In this document: positions 1 through 10,423 of the stretch, piece by piece
Position numbering within the stretch: the first letter of the stretch is position 1
Layout: each line of letters starts with the position of its first letter
Assembly (NCBI GenBank): GCA_965221955.1
Contig: CBDCTA010000026.1
Span: 31,920-95,919, forward strand
Source: Gammaproteobacteria bacterium
Lineage (GTDB): Bacteria > Pseudomonadota > Gammaproteobacteria > UBA4575
DNA length: 64,000 bases
Reading direction: 5' to 3'
Program-made: the position numbers and the translations under genes
Notes under the pieces: generated by a model
The model's database searches: none
The model's input: only the letters and a program-made list of their open reading frames with translations
Told to the model about the DNA's origin: nothing

Positions 1-1210
1 CTTAGTGAAAAAATTTGAAAGCGGCGTAATCAAAGAACCAATATGTGTTGAGCCAGGCACGAGTATAGGTGAGGTGTTGGAGCTTACTCGTGAAAAAAAT
101 ATTTCCGGTGTTCCGGTTGTATCAGGTGAGTCTTTAGTGGGCATTGTAACTAGTCGTGATTTACGTTTTGAAAAGCGTAGAGACGAGCCAGTTTCAAAAA
201 TCATGACACCACAGGAACGTTTAGTCACAGTAAAAGAAGGCGCTGGAAAAGATGAAATCAAAAAACTTTTGCATGAGCATCGAATTGAAAAAGTTTTAGT
301 AGTGAATAATGATTTTGAGTTGCGTGGACTCATTACTGTAAAAGATATTCAAAAATCAAAAGATTTCCCTTTGGCTTGTAAAGATCATGAGGGTAGTTTG
401 ATTGTCGGTGCAGCGGTAGGGGTGGGTGCTGAAGCGGATGAACGTGTAAAAGAACTAGTAAAGGTTGGCGTGGATGTAATTGTGGTCGATACCGCGCATG
501 GGCATTCGCAAGCTGTGCTGGATCGAGTGAGTTGGGTAAAGAAAAATTTCCCAGAAGTTCAAGTCATTGGCGGCAACATTGCTACAGGTGAGGCTGCAAA
601 AGATTTAATTAAGGCGGGTGCTGACGCGGTTAAAGTGGGTATTGGTCCTGGCTCAATCTGTACTACAAGAATTGTTGCAGGTGTGGGCGTGCCACAAATA
701 AGTGCCGTAGATCATGTATGCGAAGCCATTAAAAATGAAGTGCCGGTGATTGCTGATGGCGGCATCCGATATTCTGGGGATATTTCAAAAGCGATTGCAG
801 CAGGTGCGAATACGGTAATGATTGGTGGTTTATTCGCAGGCACAAAAGAAGCGCCAGGAGAAGTTGAACTTTATCAGGGCCGTTCTTATAAGAGCTATCG
901 TGGCATGGGTTCTTTGTCTGCTATGCAACAAGGTTCAAGTGATCGTTATTTCCAGGATGATGAAACAAGTTCAGAAAAATTTGTACCTGAAGGTATTGAA
1001 GGTCGTGTGCCATACAAAGGTACTGTGGTAAATATTTTACAACAACTACTTGGTGGCTTGCGTTCGAGTATGGGTTATGTTGGTTGCAGTAATATTGATG
1101 ATATGCGTACAAAACCAGAGTTTGTAAAAATATCTGCTGCGGGTAATCGAGAAAGTCATGTGCATGATGTAACGATTACGAAAGAAGCACCAAATTATCA
1201 CGTCGAATAA
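1..1210 (+). CDS. guaB: IMP dehydrogenase (5'-truncated by window edge)
   Basis: CBS pair, catalytic loop [15 protein letters not shown] and YRGMGS motifs; directly upstream of guaA. Confidence 0.98.
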   Translation, partial: LVKKFESGVIKEPICVEPGTSIGEVLELTREKNISGVPVVSGESLVGIVTSRDLRFEKRRDEPVSKIMTPQERLVTVKEGAGKDEIKKLLHEHRIEKVLVVNNDFELRGLITVKDIQKSKDFPLACKDHEGSLIVGAAVGVGAEADERVKELVKVGVDVIVVDTAHGHSQAVLDRVSWVKKNFPEVQVIGGNIATGEAAKDLIKAGADAVKVGIGPGSICTTRIVAGVGVPQISAVDHVCEAIKNEVPVIADGGIRYSGDISKAIAAGANTVMIGGLFAGTKEAPGEVELYQGRSYKSYRGMGSLSAMQQGSSDRYFQDDETSSEKFVPEGIEGRVPYKGTVVNILQQLLGGLRSSMGYVGCSNIDDMRTKPEFVKISAAGNRESHVHDVTITKEAPNYHVE

Positions 1211-1246
1211 TTGTTTTCGAGCGTACATCTTTAGCTGTATTTTTTC

Positions 1247-2812
1247 ATGAAAAATATTCATGCCGATAAAGTATTAATTCTTGATTTTGGATCTCAATAC
1301 ACACAGCTTATTGCACGACGGGTTCGTGAACTTGGAACCTACAGTGAAATTTATCCTTGGGATATCGCATTAGAAAAAATCACTGAATTCAATGCCAAAG
1401 GCATTATTCTTTCGGGTGGCCCTGAGTCGGTCATACTTGAAAACACACCTGAAATTTCTACTGAACTCTTAAATCTAGGTATTCCTGTGCTTGGAATTTG
1501 CTATGGCATGCAAGCATTGGCTGAAAAATTGGGAGGAGAGGTTGAAGAATCCAATCATAGAGAGTTCGGTTATGCGCAAGTTAATGTTGAAAATGATAGC
1601 GAATTACTTGATGGGCTTACTGACGAGCCTACAAAAAATGCACTAGATGTTTGGATGTCGCATGGTGATCGTGTTACTAAACTGCCAAATGGTTTTACAG
1701 TGATTGCAAGTACAGACAGTGCACCTATTGCTGCAATCGAAAATCAACAGAAAAAAATCTATGGCTTGCAATTTCATCCAGAGGTCACGCATACCAAACA
1801 AGGCAAGCTGATTTTGCAACGTTTTGTACATGATATATGTGGTTGTGGTTCGGATTGGACGGCTGCCAACATCGTTCAAGAGTCCATAGAGAACGTAAAA
1901 CAACAAGTTGGTACTGAGCATGTCATTTTAGGTTTGTCGGGCGGGGTGGATTCGTCTGTTGTTGCAGCCCTCTTGCATAAAGCGATAGGTGATCAACTTA
2001 CTTGTATATTTGTAGATACTGGATTGTTGCGTTTAAACGAAGGTGATCAAGTGATGGAGACTTTTGCGCAGCACATGGGTGTAAAAGTCATTCGTGTGGA
2101 TGCAGAGCAACGCTATTTAGATGAGTTAGAAGGAGTTGCGGATCCAGAAGACAAACGAAAAATTATTGGCAATTTGTTTATTAAAATTTTTGAAGAAGAG
2201 TCTGCGAAGTTGACCAATGCAAAATGGTTAGCGCAAGGAACCATTTATCCAGATGTAATCGAATCTGCAGGTGCAGCTACTGGTAAAGCACACCTAATTA
2301 AGTCACACCACAATGTAGGTGGTTTGCCTGAAGACATGAAGTTGAATTTGGTTGAGCCCTTGCGGGAGCTTTTTAAAGATGAAGTACGTACGATTGGTGA
2401 TGAGTTAGGATTGCCACACGAAATGATTCATCGTCACCCTTTCCCGGGCCCAGGTTTAGGTGTTCGTATATTGGGTGAGGTTAAAAAACAATATGCAGAT
2501 TTACTGCGGCTTGCAGATGATATTTTTATTTCAGAACTTCGTGTACAGAACTTATATGATGAAGTGTCACAAGCCTTTGCAGTGTTTTTACCTGTGAAGT
2601 CTGTGGGTGTTATGGGTGACGGCAGAAAGTACGATTTTGTTATTGCATTGCGTGCAGTAGAAACTATCGATTTTATGACTGCACGTTGGGCGCATTTGCC
2701 GTATGAATTTTTAGATCATGTGTCGCGAAGAATCATAAATGAAATCGAAGGTATCTCGCGCGTGACTTATGATATTTCCGGCAAACCACCCGCCACTATT
2801 GAATGGGAATAA
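1247..2812 (+). CDS. guaA: GMP synthase (glutamine-hydrolysing)
   Basis: LDFGSQY, GICYG, QFHPE, SGGVDS and C-terminal KPPATIEWE. Confidence 0.99.
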   Translation: MKNIHADKVLILDFGSQYTQLIARRVRELGTYSEIYPWDIALEKITEFNAKGIILSGGPESVILENTPEISTELLNLGIPVLGICYGMQALAEKLGGEVEESNHREFGYAQVNVENDSELLDGLTDEPTKNALDVWMSHGDRVTKLPNGFTVIASTDSAPIAAIENQQKKIYGLQFHPEVTHTKQGKLILQRFVHDICGCGSDWTAANIVQESIENVKQQVGTEHVILGLSGGVDSSVVAALLHKAIGDQLTCIFVDTGLLRLNEGDQVMETFAQHMGVKVIRVDAEQRYLDELEGVADPEDKRKIIGNLFIKIFEEESAKLTNAKWLAQGTIYPDVIESAGAATGKAHLIKSHHNVGGLPEDMKLNLVEPLRELFKDEVRTIGDELGLPHEMIHRHPFPGPGLGVRILGEVKKQYADLLRLADDIFISELRVQNLYDEVSQAFAVFLPVKSVGVMGDGRKYDFVIALRAVETIDFMTARWAHLPYEFLDHVSRRIINEIEGISRVTYDISGKPPATIEWE

Positions 2813-2827
2813 GTTCTCATTAGCATT

Positions 2828-3277
2828 TTGAATGACGATCAAAAATGGATGCGTGAAGCATTAGTTCTAGCCGAACATGCGATGTCACGAGAAGAAGTGC
2901 CTGTGGGGGCAGTGGTTGTTCTTGAAAATAAAATTATTGGTAAAGGCTGGAACCAACCTATTGCGAGTAATGATCCTAGCGCGCATGCTGAAATTGTTGC
3001 CTTACGTGATGCAGGGGAAACTATTAAAAATTATCGATTACTAGACGCTGCGCTTTATGTAACCCTAGAACCTTGTTTAATGTGTGTGGGTGCGATGTTG
3101 CATGCACGTATTAAAAAATTAGTGTTTGGTGCGTTCGACCCCAAAACAGGTGCCGCGGGGTCAGTCTTTAATTTGTTCGAAGATTCTCGACATAACCATA
3201 GTGTTGATGTGCAAGGTGGTGTATTAGAGAAAGAAAGCGCAGAGTTGCTGCAAACGTTCTTTCAGCAACGAAGATAG
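2828..3277 (+). CDS. tadA: tRNA adenosine(34) deaminase
   Basis: EVPVGA, HAE and EPCxxC zinc motifs; guaA-tadA-mltF synteny. Confidence 0.96.
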   Translation: MNDDQKWMREALVLAEHAMSREEVPVGAVVVLENKIIGKGWNQPIASNDPSAHAEIVALRDAGETIKNYRLLDAALYVTLEPCLMCVGAMLHARIKKLVFGAFDPKTGAAGSVFNLFEDSRHNHSVDVQGGVLEKESAELLQTFFQQRR

Positions 3278-3281
3278 TGCA

Positions 3282-4679
3282 TTAGTTTTGAGCCAGCTTC
3301 TCATACAGTTCACCCTTGTTTTCTAGCCATACCAGCAAATCGAAGTAGTTGCGGATGTTCTGTACGTAGGTTACAGGTTCACGGCCGCGGGCGTAGCCAA
3401 AGCGAGTTTTTTCATACCATTTTTTGTTGCTGAGAAGTGGTAAGTACTTTCTTACATCCATCCATAGATCTGGGCTATCCCCAGCATTTTGAGTAAGAAT
3501 CCGCGCATCTTCTAAATGACCAAAGCCAACATTGTAGGCTGCGAGCGCCATCCAAGTACGATCGGGCTCCCTGATACGAGAAGGAATTTTTGCATGCATG
3601 GACAAAAAATATTCTGTGCCACCGAGTACGCTCTTATGGGGATCCACTCGATTTTCAATTTTAAGTAATTTTGCAGTATCGCGCGTTAACATCATCAAAC
3701 CTTTTACACCTGTAGGAGAAACAGCATTTGAGTTCCATAAGGATTCTTGATAACTCACAGCAGCAAGGAAGCGCCAGTCTTGATCAAACTCGATTGCTGC
3801 TTCTTTGAAAAGATTTTGATATTTAGGTAAACGTTCACGCACATGTTTTAGAAAAGTGTGACTATCAACAGGAGTGATGTCAGCAACGTGACCAAAATAC
3901 TTTTCTCTTAAATGTGTAAGTGTTCCATCTTCTTCTATTTGGCTAAAAAATTTATCAACTGCTTTTTGCAAAGAGTCGTCTTCAGATTTTTTTAATGCCC
4001 ACGCCAATGGTTGTTCAGGCCCGAGGCTAAACCCAATTCTTAGGCTAGGAAAATATCGACGCGTAACTGCAAGCTCGTTTGAGTCAGCAATGGTGTAGTC
4101 GATGAGGTTGTCAGAAGTTAATAACATCAACTCTTCGGAAGTTAAATCGGGATACTCTTTCCATGCTAAATTAGGGAAAAATTCTTTATGGTTTAAAAGC
4201 ATTTGTGCATGCGTGCTGCCTTGTACAACAGCTATTTTTTTGCCTTGCAAATCGTCAATAGATTTGGGCTTTTGTTGGCCTGATCTATAGGCAATCTGTG
4301 AGACAACTTTTGTATATTCTGGTCCAAAATCCACATAGGCTTCGCGTTGCTTTGTGTGGGTGATGCCCGCGGCACCGATATGTGCAGTACCATTTACAAC
4401 ACTAGGTAATATTTGGTGAAATTCATTTTGGACTTCGATGTTTAATTCAACCCCTAAATAATCTGCAAACAATTTTGAAAGTTCATACTCAAAACCTGTA
4501 GGGCCGTTTGGTCCAATATAATAAGTGGTCGGGCTATTGCGTGTGATTACATTTAATTTATTTGAACGTTTAATTTCATGCAATAAAGAAGAAGAATATT
4601 GTTGGTTTACAACAAATAGAATTACAAAAGCTGAAACAGCTAACAAAACTATTCCTAATTTTTGCATAGTAGATTTCAT
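3282..4679 (-). CDS. mltF: Membrane-bound lytic murein transglycosylase F
   Basis: N-terminal SBP-3 domain plus SLT domain (YQES, GLMMLT, AYNVG, GYARG). Confidence 0.95.
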   Translation of the reverse strand: MKSTMQKLGIVLLAVSAFVILFVVNQQYSSSLLHEIKRSNKLNVITRNSPTTYYIGPNGPTGFEYELSKLFADYLGVELNIEVQNEFHQILPSVVNGTAHIGAAGITHTKQREAYVDFGPEYTKVVSQIAYRSGQQKPKSIDDLQGKKIAVVQGSTHAQMLLNHKEFFPNLAWKEYPDLTSEELMLLTSDNLIDYTIADSNELAVTRRYFPSLRIGFSLGPEQPLAWALKKSEDDSLQKAVDKFFSQIEEDGTLTHLREKYFGHVADITPVDSHTFLKHVRERLPKYQNLFKEAAIEFDQDWRFLAAVSYQESLWNSNAVSPTGVKGLMMLTRDTAKLLKIENRVDPHKSVLGGTEYFLSMHAKIPSRIREPDRTWMALAAYNVGFGHLEDARILTQNAGDSPDLWMDVRKYLPLLSNKKWYEKTRFGYARGREPVTYVQNIRNYFDLLVWLENKGELYEKLAQN

Positions 4680-5435
4680 AAGTTCTAATTGCGGCGAGAA
4701 GTTATGTATTTAGACGTTAGTATCCAACCTGAGTTCAGGAAATATTCTATAAACGAATAAGGCAATGAACTGTGACATGCCTTGCAAGTGTGCCTTAATT
4801 AATAGAAAAACTGTAATGAAATTTTCTATTTCTCAATAAAAAAATAAACAAACTTACGCGTCTTTATTGATGATCAAAAAAAGCTTATTTATAGTAGTTA
4901 ATTAAACAATTACGCTAAGTAATTATTCTTTGGTAAATAATTTTAAATTACGAAATGCTCTTGAGAAAACTAAGGAATAGTCAGCGGCTTCAATAGATAT
5001 TTCTTAAATTATACAAATATCTATTTTTTGACAGATGTAGCACTTCAAATGAGGAGTAAAGAATTTTAGTGAGCCAGTTAATTGTTATTACATTATTTAA
5101 CGCAAACTATTTCTATTGTAAAAAATGTAAATATTTGTTATTCGCAATGAGTCTTGGTCTATTTAAAGCCTACATCTTTGTCTGAATTGCCATAGCGTGA
5201 AAATTTATCTCTAAAATTATATTTATTAATCATTAAGTTACAAATTTACATAAAAAATAACTGCTAAGCCTATGTTAAACACAAGTAAATTGTTGTAATT
5301 TCTTCCTATAACATTTAAAAATAAATGTATATTCATGCAGAATATTGCTAATAGTAATTATCTCGATAACCTTTCAAATATATAACTAGATAATCTCAAA
5401 AAAACTAAAATAAGCCTTACTAACTAGAGAGAGAA

Positions 5436-7343
5436 ATGGCTGCACATGGCGACGATAACAATACGGCATCTTTGATAGATAGAGTCTCTGAGCGGGACGA
5501 TGATTTTGAACGAGTATTGGGTGAAGTTATTGATTTGCCCGCATCACTCGATGCACAAAAAAATTTATCAGAAGAACCATACGAAATAGGTGACTTACTT
5601 GTTTCTTATTTAGAGCAGCTTGGCGTTGAGTTTGTGTTTGGTATTCCTGGTGGTGCAATTGAGCCTCTATACAATGCACTTGCTAGAAGTGAAAGAAGAG
5701 GTGGAGCGAAGTCTGTAGTAGCTCGGCATGAAACTGGTGCTGCATTTATGGCAGATGGTTATTCAAGAAATAGTGGTAACCTTGGGGTGTGTTGTGCAAC
5801 AGCAGGACCAGGTGCTACAAACTTGATAACTGGTGTTGCTTCTGCGTTCGATAATCATTCACCAATGTTGGTGATCACTGCACAAACCGCAATAGAAAAC
5901 TTTGGTCGCAACGCGGCACAAGAATCCGCGGATACAGGAATTAATACAGTAGCAATGTTTGAGCATTGTACTCATTACAGCACATTGGTTTCACATATTA
6001 ATCAGTTTGAACAAAAACTCGCATCTGCAATTATGACGGCCTACCGCTCTCCTATGGGGCCCGCACATTTAAGCATTCCGCTTGATGTGTTAAGGCATCC
6101 AAGCTCTGCGCAATATCCTTCATATGACCTTTCAAGCTTGTTGTGGCAGCCAAGTCCGATTGATATGGATAGCTTGAACATTTTTTGTGGAGAACTCTCG
6201 GCATCAAACAGTTTAGTTTTTATCGTTGGTGAAGGGTGTTCTCAAGGAATTGGTTCAATTTTAAATACTGCGTTGAAATTTAATGCCAAAATCGTAACCA
6301 CACCACATGCGAAAGGCTTGGTGAGTCCGTATCATCCTTTATTCCGCGGCGTATTAGGTTTTGCAGGTCATGCTAGTGCAATTGAGACGATAGATAGTGA
6401 AGTAGATACCATTGTTGCAATTGGTACCACATTAAGTGAAACAGCAAGTAATACTTGGGATCAAAAAGTATTAAATCAAAAGCTGATTCACATTGATTCT
6501 TCTGAAGATAACTTAATGCATTCCCCCATGGCACGGTTACATGTTAGGGGTGATATCGCAAAAATATTTGAACACGTCGAAACGAAATTTGATATTCAAA
6601 AACCTTCTAGCTCAAACGATCGTGTAAGTTACGTTTCTAAAGAATTTAAAAGAAAATCTAAAAAGAAAGAAAAAACTTTGAAACATCATTTCGAGATGAA
6701 TGATGTAGAGAAATGCAGTGATAATTCATCACCAATAAAGCCACAAAGGCTCATGCAGCTTTTGCCAAAAATATTTCCACCTGAAACTAAATACCTATGT
6801 GATTCAGGCAATAGTATGGCGTGGTCCATACATTATTTACATCCGTATGATCGAAGGTTAGCTGGATCTAGAGGTGAAAATGGTGGATTGTTTTGGACAT
6901 GTTTAGAATTTGGCTCCATGGGGTGGGCTATTGGCTCATCAATCGGTACGGCGCTTACAAACAGAAAACGGCCTGTTGCTTGTTTAACAGGTGATGGTGC
7001 TATGTTGATGTATGGTGGTGATGTAACCGTAGCGATACAAGAGAAATTACCTGTAGTGTTTATTGTTTTAAATGATTCCGAATACGGGATGGTTAAGCAC
7101 GGGCAAAGATTGGGTCATGCCGAAAGAGTGGGTTATAAACTTCCTGAAATTAACTTTGTTGAATTTGCGCATTCCATGGGAATGAACGCACGTCGAATTA
7201 ATACGGTTGTAGATTTGGAGAATCTTGACGTGAAAGAATTAATTTCCCACGGTCCTGCAATTTTGGAAGTCATGATTGATAAAGAAGAGGTACCACCAAT
7301 AGACAGTCGACTAAAGGCTTTAGGTACAATTAACGGTAACTAA
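5436..7343 (+). CDS. ThDP-dependent enzyme, acetolactate synthase-like (not ilvI/B context)
   Basis: FGIPGG, RHETGAAFMADG, GPGATN, GSMG and GDG...N ThDP motif; no ALS small subunit nearby. Confidence 0.9.
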   Translation: MAAHGDDNNTASLIDRVSERDDDFERVLGEVIDLPASLDAQKNLSEEPYEIGDLLVSYLEQLGVEFVFGIPGGAIEPLYNALARSERRGGAKSVVARHETGAAFMADGYSRNSGNLGVCCATAGPGATNLITGVASAFDNHSPMLVITAQTAIENFGRNAAQESADTGINTVAMFEHCTHYSTLVSHINQFEQKLASAIMTAYRSPMGPAHLSIPLDVLRHPSSAQYPSYDLSSLLWQPSPIDMDSLNIFCGELSASNSLVFIVGEGCSQGIGSILNTALKFNAKIVTTPHAKGLVSPYHPLFRGVLGFAGHASAIETIDSEVDTIVAIGTTLSETASNTWDQKVLNQKLIHIDSSEDNLMHSPMARLHVRGDIAKIFEHVETKFDIQKPSSSNDRVSYVSKEFKRKSKKKEKTLKHHFEMNDVEKCSDNSSPIKPQRLMQLLPKIFPPETKYLCDSGNSMAWSIHYLHPYDRRLAGSRGENGGLFWTCLEFGSMGWAIGSSIGTALTNRKRPVACLTGDGAMLMYGGDVTVAIQEKLPVVFIVLNDSEYGMVKHGQRLGHAERVGYKLPEINFVEFAHSMGMNARRINTVVDLENLDVKELISHGPAILEVMIDKEEVPPIDSRLKALGTINGN

Positions 7344-7454
7344 TTTAGTTTTAGTTATTTCAATTAGCCAATATTTCAATTGGCAAATAATAAAAACAAA
7401 AAATGTTTTGCAACTATGTTTTACAATATAGTGCTATGAAATCGAATAATAACC

Positions 7455-8267
7455 ATGTCAGCCGACAAAGATAAACAAGAAGTAATCCATACTAAAATCT
7501 GGAACGAAGAACCGGAGCCAGATAATCCTTTTGCAGCCAAAAAATGTTACTGCGCAGGGTACGATGTATATGGTGATCTTCTTGGTAAAGCTTCTTGGGC
7601 AGAATATTTATACTTATTATTTAAATTAAAAAAGCCTACACCTGAACAAGCAAAGTTACTCGAAACAATTGCTGTAGCAATTGCTAACCCTGGAATTCGT
7701 GACCATAGCGTTCGCGCAGCAATGAATGCGGGAGTAGGCGGGTCAACTGCTGCGTCTGCGTTGATGGCTGCGTTGGCTGTTGGTGCCGGACAGTACGGAG
7801 GCGCGCGAGAAGTTTATATATTGTTGAAGCTCTGGAAAGAATGTAGTTATGACTTAGCAAAATGGAAACACGCAATTTTTAATCCACCAAAATCAAATTC
7901 TCCAAGTGGCTGGCCTGATATTAATCACCCAATTGGATTTGATCCAAACTCAGATTGCTTCCCATTACCTTTTAAGCAAACTCTAAATGAATTGATAAGT
8001 ATTTCAAAGAGTAAATCCTTGGTTTGGTTGCTCAAGAATAAAAATGAATTGCAAGAAATTGCTGGTTGTCCATTGTCGTTAACAAGTGTAATTGCTGCGG
8101 CACTTTTCGATTTAGGATTTGATTGTGAACAAGGTGAGATGCTCTATTTGTTGCTTAGATTACCTGGTGCTGCTGTACACAGCATTGAACAAAAACATAT
8201 TGGTTGGCGAAATTTTCCATTTTATTTAAATGGTTTAGAGATATTAGATGACCCAGTTATTAAATAA
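7455..8267 (+). CDS. Citrate synthase / citryl-CoA lyase-fold protein, divergent
   Basis: GYDVYGDLLG start, GAGQYGGA, C-terminal LLRLPGAAVHSIEQ helix typical of the family. Confidence 0.75.
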   Translation: MSADKDKQEVIHTKIWNEEPEPDNPFAAKKCYCAGYDVYGDLLGKASWAEYLYLLFKLKKPTPEQAKLLETIAVAIANPGIRDHSVRAAMNAGVGGSTAASALMAALAVGAGQYGGAREVYILLKLWKECSYDLAKWKHAIFNPPKSNSPSGWPDINHPIGFDPNSDCFPLPFKQTLNELISISKSKSLVWLLKNKNELQEIAGCPLSLTSVIAAALFDLGFDCEQGEMLYLLLRLPGAAVHSIEQKHIGWRNFPFYLNGLEILDDPVIK

Positions 8268-8276
8268 GGAATAATA

Positions 8277-9092
8277 ATGGAAAGAAGTGATAAGTTTGGC
8301 CATAAAAGGTTGCTTGAGTTTGAAGATTTTTGTAAATCTAAGTTAGGAGGCTCTATTCCTGGTGAGCGTGCAGTGTTTCGAGGAAGGGATGTTTTTAATG
8401 AATTCAAACATTGGTCATGGTTAAAAATGCTTTATTTTTGCGTAATCGGGACTGAGCCAGCTGAAGAGACAGAAAAATTTTTAAATGGACTATATTGCAC
8501 TTGTTTTAATTTTTCTGACCCTCGTATTTGGAATAACCGAGTGGCTGCTTTAGCAGCAACTGCTTCAAGCACTGCACAACTAGGAGTTTGCGCCGCATCT
8601 GCTATATCTGAAGCTGAAATATATGGGGGTCCACCCGTATCGGAAGCATTAAGCTTTTTACTTGAAGCAAAGAAAAAATTTGATAGAGGGGAAACAATTA
8701 AGGACATTGTTGATATTGAGTTAAACTCAAATGGAGTTTTATATGGGTTTGGTAGACCGATTAATAAAAATGACGAGAGAATTATTCCAACTCTTAATCT
8801 GCTTAAAGAGCTTAACTTATACGATCGACCATATATTCAATTCGCATTAAAAATACAAAATGAATTGTTAAGCAGAAAAAATAAAACAGGGTTTAATATT
8901 GGTGGAGTTATGGCGGCTTTCTGCGCTGATGATGGGATGACTCCAAAACAATTGTATCAATTGATGGTTGTTTGTTTTTATGTGGGACAACTTGCTTGTT
9001 ATATAGAATCAGATAGCAAAATTGTTGGGTCGTTTTATCCTTTACGGTGCAATAAAATTTCATACTCAGGGCACAAAGGAAAAGTTTGGTAG
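8277..9092 (+). CDS. Second citrate synthase-fold protein, divergent
   Basis: AVFRGRD, DPRIWNNRVAALA, YGG and YGFGRP..DERI segments. Confidence 0.7.
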   Translation: MERSDKFGHKRLLEFEDFCKSKLGGSIPGERAVFRGRDVFNEFKHWSWLKMLYFCVIGTEPAEETEKFLNGLYCTCFNFSDPRIWNNRVAALAATASSTAQLGVCAASAISEAEIYGGPPVSEALSFLLEAKKKFDRGETIKDIVDIELNSNGVLYGFGRPINKNDERIIPTLNLLKELNLYDRPYIQFALKIQNELLSRKNKTGFNIGGVMAAFCADDGMTPKQLYQLMVVCFYVGQLACYIESDSKIVGSFYPLRCNKISYSGHKGKVW

Positions 9093-9124
9093 TTCTATTA
9101 AGCAAGTTTGGGTAATAAGTAAGT

Positions 9125-10150
9125 ATGAAGATTGAAAATGACAATTCCAAATTAAATCATATTGATGATAAAAAATTGTGGGATATTATTGCTGGTTTAT
9201 CTGGTTATCATGCCGTTATTATTGCGTATAGATTAGATATTTTCTCAATTCTAAATGATAAACCAATGAATATTGCTGATTTATCAAAAATGTTAGATAT
9301 AAAATTACGGCCCGCTGAAGCATTAGTAAATACAAATTTAAATTTGGGTTTGATTGAACTAAGTGACAATAAATTAAAGTTGTCTGATATCGGTAAAAAA
9401 TATCTTGTTAAGTCCAGCGATACCTATTTTGGACCTATGTTTGAGCTTGTTTCTAAAAATGAGCTAAGTTTTGAAAAAGTACATGATGCTGTTTTGTCAA
9501 ATAAACCTCAGGAATATGGTTCGGGCGATATATTTGAGTCACATGAAAAAAAATTTGAGCTGGCTAAAAAGTTTACTGAAGCGATGCATAGCTTGAGCGT
9601 AGCGCCGGCTTCGTCATGGGTAGAAAAAATAGACTTGGGTGAGAGTTCAATACTTTTAGATATTGGTGGTGGGTCTGGAGCCCATACAATTTCTGCGCTG
9701 AAAAGATGGCCAAATCTTGAAGGCATAGTGTTTGATATTGAACCAGTCTGTGAGGTTTGTGAATTAATGTTTAGTAAAAATAATTTAAATTCGCGTGCTT
9801 CTACATCTAGTGGTGATTTTTGGAATGATGGCTATCCTTTTTCTGATTTACATTTCTATTCGCAAATTTTTCATGATTGGCCAGAAGATAAATGCAAGTT
9901 TCTCGCAAAAAAGAGTTTTGATTCACTACCCAGTAAGGGAAAAATTATTATTCATGAAATGCTTTATGATGATGATAAGCATGGACCATTTGTGGCTGCC
10001 GCGTGTAGTGTTGCATTGTTATCATGGACCGAAGGAAAGCAATATTCTGGTCTAGAAATTAAGGAGTTTCTTGAAGAAGCAGGTTTTGCTGATATTGATA
10101 TAATTCCAACATTCGGTTATTGGAGTGTCATTGTCGGCACTAAACTTTAG
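9125..10150 (+). CDS. SAM-dependent O-methyltransferase (Methyltransf_2, with dimerisation domain)
   Basis: LDIGGGSG, GDFW and IFHDW motifs; N-terminal winged-helix-like region. Confidence 0.93.
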   Translation: MKIENDNSKLNHIDDKKLWDIIAGLSGYHAVIIAYRLDIFSILNDKPMNIADLSKMLDIKLRPAEALVNTNLNLGLIELSDNKLKLSDIGKKYLVKSSDTYFGPMFELVSKNELSFEKVHDAVLSNKPQEYGSGDIFESHEKKFELAKKFTEAMHSLSVAPASSWVEKIDLGESSILLDIGGGSGAHTISALKRWPNLEGIVFDIEPVCEVCELMFSKNNLNSRASTSSGDFWNDGYPFSDLHFYSQIFHDWPEDKCKFLAKKSFDSLPSKGKIIIHEMLYDDDKHGPFVAAACSVALLSWTEGKQYSGLEIKEFLEEAGFADIDIIPTFGYWSVIVGTKL

Positions 10151-10423
10151 CTAAAGTGCGCTTTAGTTTCTATAAATAAATATTAAATTTAGGTTGTTTC
10201 CATACATACTAATTTTTTATCCGTTTGTCATTGAAATCTTGTGATCCACGGTATCAATATTCCGATACGTGTTGTCTTTAATTCTCGCCTAACTCCTTAA
10301 AATAAGGTGCATTAATTTGTATTTTCGCTTGCCGAGCGAGACGAAGTCTCGCCCCTAGATTAAATAAAATTCTATTTGGGAAAGTGAAGGGAATAAAAAT
10401 GTACGACATCAAGGAGTGTCAGC

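Noticed and set aside
4680-5435. Hidden gene or RNA in the 755-bp gap
   Set aside because: Very AT-rich, with no credible ORF or stable structure seen; treated as a regulatory region
5436-7343. Housekeeping ilvB/ilvI
   Set aside because: No regulatory subunit or ilvC adjacent, divergent sequence, secondary-metabolism-like context
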